NCBI GenBank assembly: GCA_964016885.1
Contig: OZ024749.1
Span: 20,832,001-20,896,000 of the forward strand
DNA length: 64,000 bases
DNA from: Eledone cirrhosa
Lineage: Eukaryota
Direction of reading: 5' to 3'
Part shown: positions 42,146 through 55,736 of the stretch, in pieces
Position numbering within the stretch: position 1 is the first letter of the stretch
Layout of the letters: every line of letters begins with the position of its first letter
Translations under genes and position numbers: made by a program
Notes under the pieces: generated by a model
Seen by the model: the letters and a program-made list of their open reading frames with translations, nothing else
Databases searched by the model: none
Told to the model about the DNA's origin: nothing

Positions 42146-43674
42146 ACAAAGTTCGGTAAACTTGATATCGGAAACCAGATTTAAAATTATTTATCAAACT
42201 CCAGATAAACAACTGCAAGCCTCCATCATAAACTAACCTTTAGTTATCTTGTTACTTTTTTATTTATTATATAATTTAAAACATCTTTCGTACGAAAGGA
42301 AAACTTGCAGCATTATAAACATACATATATTTATATATATATAAACCTTACAATTTGAGTCGATGTTCCCATAAATCTTGCCAATTCACAGTGTCGGCTC
42401 CCAGGGATTACTGTTTTATTAGTTAAAATGAATTTCTCCCTTCCAAACATATGTAGTACACACGTTAAATTTATGAGTATTGCAAGGGAAATACATTTTC
42501 TTCTTTGGTTTACAGGGTGTGAAATTCTATAGCGTCTACCGCCAGCTGGGATATTTTAAATCTAACACAACCAAAAACTTTAGACCAAGTGTAATCCTGA
42601 AATGTCAAGGTTAAAAAAAAAAAAAGTTAGTTAAGTTAGGGAGGGGTAGGCAGGAGTAATGTTTATCACCCACCGCTCCACACATGGGGAGAGTTCATTT
42701 TACAATCTCCTTCCCAAAGAGAAGGCAACCTGACACCGAAACTTCCTTTACTATGTAGTGTTTATGTGTACGTTTCCACATTACGAAAAACTCAATATAT
42801 TTCACACCAGGCATTAGACATCCTTGTTCGAGTAGTGAGCCGCTTAGGGTGTGACTCATCATAAAGCGGGACGCACTACTAAAGAAACCAAAAATTCAAA
42901 GCAATTTTGAAATCAGAAATGAGACAATCGTGACAGCCCAATGGGCCGCAGTTTGCCCACACCCAATCAATGACTGATTTTAATTTTTTTTTTAAAAACC
43001 AAGCCAGGAATTACAATGCACATGACCCATTTTATTAGACTTGTGGCGAAGGACGTATTCTAAACTCGGGACATAAACCAAATCCCTGCATCAGAGTAAA
43101 CCCTGTTAAAGATGCCAAAGGGACAGGTGTTGGAGAGTGTCTTATATCCACATAAAAGGTTAGGCCGAAAAAATATTTAATCACGAATAAATATGTTGGC
43201 AAGGTTGTTCGAAGTTGAAATACTTTATAGAAGGGTTCACTTATTCAGCAACCCCCAAAACATGCTGCGCCTCGTCGAACGTTATTTTCTATTTATTTCT
43301 TGTTAGTAGCGTCAAGAGCCGTTGAATGTGGCTATATTAAATCCATGTCGACAATTTTATAAAAATATTACGAGATCGACCGAAACAAATAGTGCGTTTA
43401 CTTATTACCTCGGGGATTGAAAACAATTTCGTTATAACGGAATTTTACCTGTATACTTTTATTTTTAGATGATGCAGTTGTGTAAAAAAAAAAAAAAAAT
43501 TCTATAGGTTTACTTTTGATATCTGCTAAACTATCGATTTGTGAAGTATCACAGCGCGGTCCACTATATTTCAAAGTTAATGTGTCTGTATATTATAAAT
43601 AGAGGGTGAGTGCGATTCGGTTTGGCACGAATCTTGAGTGCAGGTTGGCGTTTCCGAACAGTCTTATTTACGTG

Positions 43675-43706
<32 letters not shown>

Positions 43707-44773
43707 GTACAATAGGCGCCACAGCATGCTACTTTTAGTTTCACCATCTGAGCTGCGCATTACAAGTTCAAGTTTCAAATACTGCACTACATATATATAT
43801 ATGTTGGAGTTTGGTAAAGAATATCCAAAATTACGAGAGCGCTCAATCTGTGGAAAGAGTTCGTAGAATATAGATTTATTCCACTACCTTAAGCCGTCGT
43901 CAAGATACAATCGTTTCCCTACAGTCAAACTTTTCATTGAGACCAGATCTGTTCTTCAGCTTTAATCTGACACGATTTTAGTGAAACAATTGTACCTTAA
44001 TGACACCATTTAATTGAAATCTATAGAAGTATACAATTTTCTCTGAATATGTGATTTTAGTAGGCCATTATTTCGTGTCGAGACAGACGTTGCCCCCGCC
44101 TCCAAACCTTGCTAAATAAATGCAACTAAGGAAGAAGAATACTTAAGATGGGAGGAAAATGCTTAGAAATGGTAGCTTCTAATAAAAATAATGAAGCGAG
44201 AAGATGATAAAGAATAAAAAAAAAAATTATAAGCCACAGGAGAGTGTGGAGCTCAGGGGGAGAGAACTGAGCTGGTCTCGGTAGTAAAACAGAACATCGT
44301 TAATGAGGAAGCACCAATGAATTAAGAGGATTCATTTAGGTTGTGGAAATCATCCAACCAAAATATATACCGCCCCACATATATCTTAGGGTCACCTGGT
44401 ACTATGTTATGGGTGAGGGGGAGTTAGAGATCGATATTCAATCAAGGTTGGCGCTTCCCCATTTGATGGCTTTTGTTGGTATGTAAAATGAAAAAAGGGG
44501 GGAGTAGAAGCAACAACAGCAGTAATAGTAGTAGTAGCAGCAGCAACAGTAGTACTAGTAATAGTGGTGGTAAAAGAAGTAGAAAAAGTCAATGGTGATT
44601 TGTTGTAGATTTTGAAATTGGTGGTGGTCAGATCATGAAGAAGTAGATATATATATGTAGATATATATATATAAATAATAAAATTGAACGGAATGAAGTG
44701 GAACAGGTAGTAAAAGTAGTAGTAGTAGGTAGAGTCCAGCAGTTGATGGATGAATGAAGAGGTGGCTGAGACA

Positions 44774-44808
<35 letters not shown>

Positions 44809-45383
44809 TAGATTTTGTTAGTTATTTTTTATGTTTTTTTTTTTTTTGGCAGCAGGAAGAAGAAAATGGAGCTGAAAAGAGAGTAGTGAGTTTTTTTTTT
44901 ATAGGTAAGACGTAGAGACAGAGAGAAGCACTTGAAAGAAGTTTTAATAGCACAAGAAAAATAATAATAATAAAAATAAATGATACAATAGCAATCAAAA
45001 GTCACAGAAGTAAACAGTAGTAGTAGTAGTATAGGTGGTAGTAGTAGTAGGCATAAGAGACAAGAGTTAAAAGTACAGTTGTTGCTGGCTAGCAAAATAG
45101 TAAAGTAGTATAGGTAGTAGTTTAGGTAGAAGTGTAAATGAAAGATGAGCACAAATGATAGGGAAAAAAATGAAATGGTGGAAAAAAGGAAAAAGCAAGT
45201 ATATGTAGAATAAAAGACACTATATATATTTATATATGTGTGTGTATATATATATAGAACATTGGAAGATGTGCTTAAACTAATTCAGAGAAAGTGGTCA
45301 ATAAAAGAAAGTGAAATATAGATATATCGATAGATAGATTAGGCAGGGTTGGGGAGCAGGACGTGGGTATTTTTTTCCTCTCC

Positions 45384-45425
<42 letters not shown>

Positions 45426-45589
45426 TTTTAGTTCTTTTTTAAAAGCCTTTTTGTTGCTGTTGCAAGAAAATGTTTTCCAAAGAAAGCTGAAACACTGAAT
45501 TACAGGGGGAGGGGGAGGGGGAGTTTTTGGTGGGTCAGGATTGGTTGTATTTTTTTTACCTTCTCTTTCTTCTAAAGCAAAAATATAAT

Positions 45590-45815
45590 AATAGTTTCTG
45601 GTTTAGAGGCACAAGGCCAGCAATTTTCGGGGGGGAAAGCCGACTAATTATATCGACTCCCAGTACTTCATTGACTGGTACCTTATTTTATCGACCGCAG
45701 ATGGACGAAAGGAGAAGTTCACCTCGACGGGAGTTTTGAAGTCAGAAACGTGTAAAGAGCAATAAGAAAAACACTGCAAAGCATTTTGCCCGACGCTCTA
45801 ACGATTCTGCCAAAT
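45590..45815 (-). mobile_element. Older family-1 SINE copy
   Basis: ggcacaaggccagcaatttt...ctggtaccttattttatcgacc...cgacgctctaacgattctgcca. Confidence 0.8.
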
Positions 45816-47665
45816 AATGATAATAATATGTAAACACCTCCAAATAAATTTTCTCAAGACACACACACCTACCTGTGTATTGCATGTGTGGATTAGTTAA
45901 TCGAAACACCACTCAACATTTAATACAAAACAATACTTTTAATAGTTTTTTTCACTTTTACATTTTATACAAATGGGAACTTGGTTTGTCCTATATATAT
46001 ATATATATTAGACATTTTACTGGTTTCAGTCAGACTGTGGGCATGCTGATGCACAGCCCAATAAAAACAATTTTTCCTTTAATTAAAGTTATTTTTAAAA
46101 ATATTTTTTTAAAGAAATTATTTCACCTGGTTCTTTCAAAATGTTATGATTTCTTAAACTTAAAAAAAATGAAACTACTAGGCAGTGCAACAAGTAAAAA
46201 GTGATTATCATTATTATTATTATTATTAAGATAAAGTAGATTTAATTTAAAGAAAGAAAAAAAAAAATCTTTAAAAAGTACAAAACTAGATTTCAATTTT
46301 AACTTAAACTCATGGTTAATAATAATAGAAAAACAAAAACTACCAATTTTTTGTTTGTTCCCTTGAAAAGAAAAAAAAAGTCATCCCACACCGACATCAG
46401 ATTCCTAGATGAAGATCTCCACACCCCCTGCTCTCATCTAGAACGGCTTACTATGGGCAGAGAAAATAGCATCCTTTCAGGAAGGGGGAAAAACAAAATT
46501 GGGATCGTCAATTAATTCAGAGAAAGGATCGACAGATACGTAAGTATATTATAGGCTCCAACCTATATATATATATGTGACTCCCAACTCTTAAAGATTC
46601 AGAGATTTGAAGATATAATATAGAATCCCAAAGCTGTTTGTTTAGAAGCAGAGCAGATAAGGGAAGGGTGAAATATGCTAAAATGAAAACCCCTGTCAAT
46701 GGACAAGATCCTATTCTGTTTGAAGATGGAGAAAAAAAAAAAAAACTAGAAAAAGAGTAAATTATAGGTTATAGCTAAGAAAAGGAGAAAGAAAAAAAAA
46801 AAAAAGAAAAAAAAAAATCGCCAGAAAGTTCAGAAATCAGAGAAATAGAGAGAGATGATGAAGACCTTTTTAGCTTGAGGAGTTATAATGTTGAGAGAGA
46901 GAGAGAAACACAAATAGTCTGAAGAACTTAGAAGCATATGTATGTGTTAGAGAGAGAGAGAGATATGTGTGAAGCCAAAATATTAAAGATAAGTAGGAGT
47001 CATTGCCGATAGAGAGAGAGGAAAAGATAAAGCAAGAGAGAGAGAGAGAGAAAGAGGGAGAGATAGGAGGCACGATGAGTTGCCAAAACAGGAAAAAAAC
47101 TAATCAAGTAAATGAAAATTAAAAAGGCATCATCATGAGTAGTAGTAATAGTGGTGGTAGTAGTAATAATATAAGTAGTAGAGTTGATAGAATTGAAAAC
47201 GAAACTAAAAGATAAAACAGTATTTCTCATTATGTCTTTAATAAACTAATAATAATAATAATAATGCTGAGCTTTTTTCTAGGTTATTATGGTTTAGTAA
47301 TTTTTATATGTATTTTATATATTCAGAGAGAACTAGGTGCATTTAGAGTTGTGAAAACCAGGCTTATAAGAAGCAGTCTGGTGATAATAGAAAGTAGTAG
47401 CAGGATGTGAAAATGTTGTAATAGTGGGATGTGGAAAGGGAAAGAAAACTGTAATAGTGGGACATGGAAAAGGAAACAAGGTAAACAGCTCTAACTCTGT
47501 TGCACCTGAGATAAACAGGAGACACAGCAGTTGTTAGAGGTCAAGGATTTAGTTGGGAAGGAAGGGAGAAGAGTGCAATTGTGCTTTAAGATAGAAATAG
47601 TAAAATGTTATCCCTGTTTTAAAAACATGTTCCCAATTTGAATATTAATTTACCTCCTTCTGCAA

Positions 47666-47706
<41 letters not shown>

Positions 47707-48177
47707 TATAAATGTGTATATATACATATATACACACAAAGAAACAATATACAATCTTTTACTGTCATTTTGACTGAAGATTGAAATGCAAGAAGGGAAA
47801 AGACGAGAGAAAGATATGGAGGGTGAAGGCAGATATTGCATCCTGTGTTTATGTTAGCCAATGTTGGTGTAAAACATAGACTACCACAGAGATAGACAGA
47901 GAAGGATGGGTGGAGAGACAGATATATAATGATGATGTTGTTGTTGTTAGGATTGCCAAGTGAAAGAGCCAAAAGAGAGGCATGGCTGAAAGGAAGGAAG
48001 GCAAGGTTTTCAGATGAGAACTTGCACCCAAATCACCCTTCACCCGCCTGTGGTAGCAACAACTTGGAACCCACTAGATATGGTAAGATGTGGAATGGTA
48101 GACAGCGTTAACTGACATGAGGCAGTCAGATACGCCAGTTAAATGGTTGATACAACACCAAGTACAATCACACACAC

Positions 48178-48183
48178 TTTATT
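48178..48183 (-). terminator. Candidate polyadenylation signal (AAUAAA) of PTBP
   Basis: Minus strand AATAAA followed by GU-rich gtgtgtgtgattgtacttggtgttgt. Confidence 0.4.
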
Positions 48184-49046
48184 TATCGCAAATTCAATCT
48201 TCATTCCTCATCTGCCCCAATCCTCACTCAATGTTAGTTTATTATGTAATGTATACATATATATTTTATATTACTCATTTTTTCTTTTTTTTTTAGATTT
48301 TGAATATTATTATACATATAAGTTTCCATTTTTTATATATATTTTTTAAATTTTATTTTAAATTTCTCTCATTTAAATCTTCTACAATAGACTTTCAAAT
48401 TGCAAAAATATATATATATTATATTTTGTCTCTTTTTTTATATATTTATTGTACAAACCCCAGGAAAGGTTTGCAATTTCAAATACTTGATAATGCAAAA
48501 ATAGGATGATGTGTATATATAAAAATTACAGCTAGGTAGGGGGCTGCCAGCCAAAAATTGTCGAACTGGAAGGGGGAGAAGCAGAACCACTGGGGGAGGG
48601 GGATCTAGATTTTCTCTCTCTCTCTTTCTTTCTTTCAATCTCACTTTCTCAAACAATGACAAAATAAAAGGGGGGGAGGAGACGAGGATTTGAAGACCCA
48701 CAATAAATAAAAAAAAAAATAAAAAATTGAGACTTGGCTGTGAAATTCTAGTGTACTCAATATTTAAAATATAAACAGGTGTCTTTCTGACTGCTGCAGC
48801 TAAAATGATTTTAAATGGACCAATATATATATACACACCTGTTCTACATATATATACACAAATGCTAGTAATATGTCATATATATGTTATATGAGATGTT
48901 ACTTAGTACTCCATACTTAAGGAAAGTAGAGCGTAGATATAGGATAGAATAGCTGACTGAAGCTTAAACCAGTGATGGCATTTTCCCATTGAACAGCTTG
49001 AGTGCTGGGCATTCTACTATATATATATATATATATAATTTTATTA

Positions 49047-49200
49047 TAGAAATGACTTCACAACTAGAACTGTTTCATTCCTGATGATTTCTTACAAATG
49101 AAACAGTTTTAGCCCCGTAGAAGTCATTTCTACAATCAAATTAATATACCTATTCTCTAACGCATTGAGTACCATTTTTTTTTATATTGGGATCCTACAT
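49047..49200 (+). mobile_element. Second copy of the 2671 hairpin/hammerhead-like element
   Basis: tagaaatgacttcacaactagaactgtttcatt c CTGATGA tttcttac aaat GAAA cagttttag...agaagtcatttcta. (TA)n flanks. Confidence 0.7.
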
Positions 49201-49654
49201 ATATATATATATAAATAGAACAGGTTTGTAAACTGCGCTCAACAGACGACCTAAAAACACCATCTGGCACTTTCTTCTATGTCATCTTAGCTTGAGGGAG
49301 AGGCAAAAGAACAGAGCAACCAGCACCAAAAGCCAATATACTGTAATATAAATGTGGTCAACAGACAGTGAAGTCTATAAAGACAAACACCACCAAGTGG
49401 TGGTGGTAGTAACTAACAGTATATCTTATTGGTTCATTAACCACACCGGTTCAATATATAAGACATGACCAGGGCTATGAAGAGCTACCAACAACTGACC
49501 CTAAGATGAAGCTATCAATAGAACCCTATAGTCAAACAAAACAACTCCTCCATACTACAGCCAATTTGTTCACCTTGTCCACCACTACATAAAGTAGGAC
49601 TGGAGTGGAGAATAAGAGTATGAGAGATTAGGGTCGATAGCACAACGCTAAACA

Positions 49655-49850
49655 GACCCTAAAGCGGAACTTCAAAACGGCTAATAATAAAAAGATGGAT
49701 AGATGCAAGAGCCAGGGAAGGAACTGCTGACAAAATATGAGTATGTTGACAGGCCCTAAAGCGGAACTTCAAAACGGCTAATAATAAAAAGATGGATAGA
49801 TGCAAAAGCCAGGCAAGGAACTGCTGACAAAATATGAGACTATGTTGAAA
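49655..49850. repeat. Tandem duplication of about 97 bp
   Basis: ccctaaagcggaacttcaaaacggctaataataaaaagatggatagatgcaa...gaactgctgacaaaatatgag occurs twice. Confidence 0.9.
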
Positions 49851-51950
49851 CTGAACCAGTCACAAAAAGAAAAATACCTATATTCACTTTATATTCTATT
49901 TTGAGGTACAAAATTTTAACTGGCACACTGCGACTTGATCACTGAGTCAGTGTGACTGTCAATGACCAGGCCACATAGTAAGTGCCCCCAAAAAACCTGA
50001 TACCCCAAAGAGAATTGAAAAGTGAATATAAGTGGGTGTTTTTAAAGAAAAATAGGTTAAAATGACTTTCCTTTGATGTAACTAAAACAGAATTTCAAAT
50101 AAAACTAAAAGAAATGTGGGTCTATTTTTCCCCAAAATAAACCAAAGACAAGGAACAACATCAATCACTCCAAAGAGGGTCAGGAGAAAAGAGAAAGAGG
50201 ACACACTAGTTACTTCAAACCAAGATGACAGACAGGCCATTCCTCTGATAAACCTAATTGCTTAAGTCTCTCTTCTCTGACAACTTACTAAGATACATGA
50301 AGACAGTCCTGAGGACAGAAAGCACCTCCGCAGTTGGAGCAATACCCAGCAGACAGCTGGCCTTATGGAGCGAGGAAGGGGGATCCCAAAGTAAAAAAAA
50401 ACAATAAAAACAAAAGGGGCCATGACCAAATGAGGAAGAAAATAACATATTTGGAGATTACCTACATAACTGTTGACAGAACTTTCTCAGTTTCCCAGAG
50501 GCAGCCATTAAAAAAAGGGGAAAAAAACAAAAACATTGTGTCAATAATAAAATAGTACCTCCCTTATATTGTCAAAAATAAGGACAAAACCTCCCTTTTG
50601 ATTGAAGGCCATCACCAAACCAACAACTGCCCATGCTTACAGTGCTGTAAAGTAAACAGAAAAACTGCCTACACATACAGCACAGTTCAATAAGAGTATG
50701 GGGTGCCATAAACAGAGAAGAGGTGATGGCGCTCCAGTTATCAAACTGCCCTAATCAATAATAAAATGATTATAACCAAAAAGCTTATTAAATATGATGA
50801 TCGCGTTAACCACCCCTGCCCCCTCAACCCCTCCGGCACCGTCTAGGACTCAACAAGTTGTACTATCAAGGTTATAGCAGGTTGACATCTTTTTATTAAA
50901 ATATATATTTTAAGACTTTTGAGGAGAAGAAATAATGGGATGAACACCAGAGTTAAGTCCTGTTTTGTTTTTTTTTTTTGTTTCTTGGTTGGTTTTTTTT
51001 GTACTCTTTTTTTTTTTTTCAGAAATAAAATTTTTTTTTTTAAAGTTTTCTTTTTTTTTTTCGAGTGTTGTGTGAAAGGAAGAAGAATTAAGAAAGAAAG
51101 AAAGAAAAAATGTTAAAGACAAATAAAGTTTTTTTTTCAAGTGTCACATGAAGAGTTTAGGAGGGAGGAGGAGGGCGGTGCCATCAGCAGTGGGAAGGGG
51201 GAGGAGGGGGAAGAGAGAGGGAGTTTGGAGACAGCAGAATACTGCCCACCCAAAAAAAACAGCCAAGTTCACCTTTTTATTTTTATTAAATTTTTTTTTT
51301 TAACTTTATGTGCCCCAGAACACTAGAGGGTGTGTTTTATTTTATTATTATTGTTGTTGTGAAGATATAATTTAAAAAAGAAAATAAAAATCCCGGGAAG
51401 ATAAAAAAAAAATAATTAAAATACAGGGAGGGGGAGGAGGGGGAAATGATCTAAAAAAAAAAAAAAAATTATTTTCCCTCCCACCCATAACCCCACCCAG
51501 TAAAGGAAAATAATTTCTTTTTGCTTTAGATTTTGTCCTGTTTGCCCAAATATTCCTGTCTGCAGTCATATCCCCAAACCAGTGGTCACAAATAGAATTA
51601 TTTCACATAGAGGGAAGGTAAGGAAAAGGGTGGGGATATGGGGCTGCATCTTTTTGTAAATTTTTTTTTTTTAAAAAGATTTCCTGTTTTCTGTAGCTTA
51701 GAGTTGATGAAATATTTTGTATTATAGTGAATATTTTAGTTTTTTTTAACTCTTCTTTATTATTATTCTTTTTTTAAAGGGGGGAGGACAAATCCTTGGA
51801 CTCAACAAGGCACTTATCAGCTATATTTTAATTTCACAGCAAAGTGGAAAACCTTTTTTTTTTTTTCTTTTTTCAGTGAATAAGCAAACAAATAAGGACT
51901 GGTCTGTTGTATGAAAAATGGTGGTGTTGTGGTGTGTCTTATGTGTGGGT

Positions 51951-51987
<37 letters not shown>

Positions 51988-52240
51988 TGTATGTTAAGTG
52001 TATGTATGTGTATATATATATATATGTGTGTGTGTATGAAGCACTGGCAAAAAATGAGATAGGAAGAGGAAGAGGGGGAGTAGGGAAAAGGAAAGGGGGA
52101 GTTTAACAAGTGCTGCTGCTTTCTGGTGGCTCTTCTTGGTCATGTTTCTGCTATAGTGCAGTGGCACAATTGCTGGGGCTTTGGGTGTCGACAGTGCCAT
52201 TGCCTGTCTATCTGCCGCTCGCAACAACACCCTCACAGCT

Positions 52241-52309
52241 TCAAATTGATGACTTGGAAAATGAAACACGCAAATGATTGCTTTCACTCAATGGATAGTT
52301 GTGGAGGCA
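52241..52309 (-). CDS. PTBP1: PTB last coding exon (RRM4 end): CLHNYPLSESNHLRVSFSKSSI*
   Basis: Acceptor ttttcag at 52310-11; TGA at 52243-52241. Matches the PTB C-terminal LHN....NHHLRVSFSKSTI motif. Confidence 0.95.
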   Translation of the reverse strand, partial: CLHNYPLSESNHLRVSFSKSSI

Positions 52310-52556
52310 CTGAAAACAGGAGAGAGGGAGAGAGAGAAGTTAAACAGTTAAAAGCAACATGTAAATGCTAAAGGGTTAATAAAATACAGTGTTTCAATTA
52401 ATAATAAGAGATTTTATGAAATTATTAATTCTTTTATCACTAACATAGTAATTTAACACGGGGGGTTCTTATATAAAATTAGAAAGCATTTAAAGTGGGT
52501 GGTTTTGTTTTGTAGAATAAAGAGCCAACCCACCACCAACAGGAGGTAATACTAGG

Positions 52557-53160
52557 AGAATCTAATTCAGATAGCCCAGTACCCAGTATACTCTAGCAGA
52601 ATCTAGTTCAGACACAGCCCAGTACCCAGTATACTCTAGCAGAATCTAGTTCAGACACAGCCCCGTACCCAGTATACTCTAGTAGAATCTAGTTCAGACA
52701 CAGCCCTGCACCCAGTATACTCTAGCAGAATCTAGTTCAGACACAGCCCCGTACCCAGTATACTCCAGTAGAATCTAGTTCAGACACAGCCCTGCACCCA
52801 GTATACTCTAGTAGAATCTAGTTCAGACACAGCCCTGCACCCAGTATACTCTAGTAGAATCTAGTTCAGACACAGCCCCGTACCCAGTATACTCTAGTAG
52901 AATCTAGTTCAGACACAGCCCCGTACCCAGTATACTCCAGTAGAATCTAGTTCAGACAGCCTAGTACCCAGTATACTCCAGTAGAATCTAGTTCAGACAC
53001 AGCCCTGCACCCAGTATACTCTAGCAGAATCTAGTTCAGACACAGCCTAGTACCCAGTATACTCCAGTAGAATCTAGTTCAGACAGCCTAGTACCCAGTA
53101 TACTCCAGTAGAATCTAGTTCAGACACAGCCCTGTACCCTATCCCAAACAGAGTCTAGTT
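52557..53160. repeat. 43-bp minisatellite, about 14 copies, in the last PTB intron
   Basis: Unit agaatctagttcagacacagccccgtacccagtatactctagt; unit starts at 52598, 52641 and 52684. Confidence 0.95.
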
Positions 53161-53211
53161 ACTCTACAATAGCAATAATCAAATTAAAAGAAGAACAATA
53201 AATATACTCAC

Positions 53212-53275
53212 AATAAGAGCTTTCACAGCTTCTTCAATGGATCCCATTTGGATGAGGGCCATTTTCCTGTCTTTC
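53212..53275 (-). CDS. PTBP1: PTB exon (RRM4): KDRKMALIQMGSIEEAVKALI
   Basis: 64 nt, tag/GTGAG boundaries, phases 2-0 consistent with neighbours. Confidence 0.95.
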
Positions 53276-53460
53276 CTAGAATAGGGGAAGAATAACAAAA
53301 AAAAATTAATAGATGTCAAACCATTTACCCAAAAACTCTTTGCTCTAAAAGTGCACTTCTCTTTACACCCCCCCCCCCCAACAGTTGTTAAATATATACT
53401 GTTATACATTTTAATCCACACATCTTTGAAACAGATATATTGGTATGGTTTGCCTTAGTT

Positions 53461-53507
<47 letters not shown>

Positions 53508-53986
53508 TTAACATACAACCCCAGCCTATGTTAAATACCAAAAAACAGCCCTGGTACTTAAAAGCACTCTAAAGGAGTGTATTTAGTCCATAAAGAGGTT
53601 TTCACATTCCTTAATCCTTGGCATGCCTTCTACAGTTGGATACCCTTCTTGTTACTAACCACTTTACAGAGTGTACTGGGTCCAGTTCATCGTGGTGGCA
53701 ACACCACTAGGGAGGTTGTCACGTCCTCAACACAACTGAAGAGACCTCTTGACCCATTATATTCTATGGCTGGGTACCCTTCCTATCACTAACCTCTTTA
53801 CAGAGTGTATCGAGTGCATTTCATCATGGTGGTTGCAGCACTAGGAAGGTTGGCATGTCCTTGACAATTGAAGAAACCTTCTGACCCTTTGTGTTTCATA
53901 GCTGGATATCCTTCCCATCACCAACCTCTTTACAGAGGAAAACATTGATAGTGATAAAGGAAGGAAAATACCCCAACAATACTTAC

Positions 53987-54061
53987 GGAAAGAATTTGAA
54001 CCCTTTTACAGTGCCATATTCAGCAAACATTTCTTTGAGCTGTTCTTCAGGAACATTAGAT
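53987..54061 (-). CDS. PTBP1: PTB exon (RRM4): SNVPEEQLKEMFAEYGTVKGFKFFP
   Basis: 75 nt, cag/GTAAGT boundaries, phases 2-2. Confidence 0.95.
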
Positions 54062-54572
54062 CTGGAATAAAGAGCATGGTAAAATGAAGTTTTAGACCAG
54101 GCTTAAACTCAACATAATAAATTTAACAATATTAGCATGAGCTGGATATGACTTTCATCAGATAGTATTCTATGGCTGGATGCCCTGCTTAAGACCAATA
54201 TCATCCCTTAAAAAAAAGTATGGTATGGATCTACACATCTGACTGAGCTGTCTTGTATACGTAGGACCTAAACAAATATCACTGCCCTGTGGAAGTACAC
54301 ATAACGAACAAGCAGTATTTGTCAAATTCAGTCACAAGACATTGGTCGGTCCAAAGCTACAGAAGGCATTTGCTCAAGGTGCCACACCGGGAGATAGAAT
54401 CCAAGACCACATCTATGCCAGTATATCGTTATACACAGCCATAAACCCAAGCAAATATTATCCATACAGATAATGAACTCAACTTGATGACCTACCAAGA
54501 TACCACACTAGATATAAAATAAAACTAATCCCACCCTTCAGAACAACCAAACCCAGCCATCATATGCGGTTT

Positions 54573-55228
54573 ATCATCATCATCATCATCATCATCATTT
54601 TACGTCCGCTTTTCCCTGCTTGCAAGGGTGGGACGGGTCTTATTCAGCACAGCATCTCTCCACTCGTCACGGTCCCTCGTCATCTCCACCGTGAGCTTCA
54701 ATGATCTGAGGTCTGTTCTCACCACCTCCGCCCATGTTTTTCGTGGTCTACCTCTACTACGTCTTCCTTCAACTGGCATTTCCTGGCACTTCTTCACCCA
54801 TCGGTCATCCTCCATGCGCATCACATGTCCATACCACCTCAGTCTCCTCTCCCGTACACTACATTCTATCCCTCTCAGACACAGTTTCTCTCTCAACACA
54901 TTTATGCTGGGTCGTTCACGCACATTTACACTGCACATCCAACGGAGCATGCTTGCCTCATTTCTCTCCAGCCGTCGCATATCTTCTGCAGTAGCTGCCC
55001 ATGTCTCACTACCATGCAGCATCGCGCTCCTCACACAGGCATCATACAACCGGCCTTTCGTACGCAGGGAGAAACCCTTCTTCGTCAACAGAGGAAGCAG
55101 CTCCCTAAACTTCTTCCAACCCGTCCTTATTCTAGATACTATGGCCTCGGAACACCCTCCTCCCATGCTAATCTGATCTCCTAGGTACCGGAAGCTATCC
55201 ACCACTTCTATAGCGCCCTCTCGCATTT
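54573..55228 (-). mobile_element. Young 5'-truncated RTE-clade LINE in a PTB intron (sense orientation)
   Basis: Uninterrupted ORF IEVVDSFRYLGD...RIRTGWKKFRELLPLL...LHGSETW...RLRWYGHVMRM...RGRPRKTW, with (GAT)n tail at 54573-54598. Confidence 0.92.
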
Positions 55229-55510
55229 GAAAAAATTTATATATAAATATAATCATCATCAACGTTTTTAATGTCCACCTTCCCTGCTAGCAAGGGTTGG
55301 ACAGGTCTACATAGACCAAGTCAGTACAATAGTGAAGCTATTGATTTTCCAGACAGAGCAGGGATCTGCAGTTCACTTGTGTACGTTCTCATATCTTCGA
55401 CACAACTGAGAGTCTTCCCAACCCTTTGCTTGGCAAACTGTACAGCCCTTCTTATCACCAATCTCTTTACAGTGTGTACAAAGAAAAAGAAGGGAAGTGG
55501 TAATACTCAC

Positions 55511-55629
55511 GGAATGTTAGATAAATGCAAAACTGCTGAGGGGGGGAATATGTTCTGACAGTTCTTTGAACCTGGTCGCTTGAATCTGTGAAGTGGGGAA
55601 TTTGTGTAGTCTCTTGTTAAGCCGGAATC
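55511..55629 (-). CDS. PTBP1: PTB exon (RRM3-4 linker, RRM4 start): [40 protein letters not shown]
   Basis: 119 nt, cag/GTGAG. Diagnostic SPLHRFKKPGSKN..NIFPPSA.LHLSNIP motif. Confidence 0.97.
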
Positions 55630-55736
55630 CTGCCAAATAAAATAGACAGTAGCAGAATGATACGAGAAAAAAACAAACCAGAATTAAATGGAAATTTCAA
55701 GTAAAATGTCAACGCCAACAGAAAGATATCTGCTAC

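Noticed and set aside
52557-53160. Regular repeat resembling a CRISPR array
   Set aside because: Units are contiguous with no unique spacers, lie in a eukaryotic intron, and there are no cas genes.
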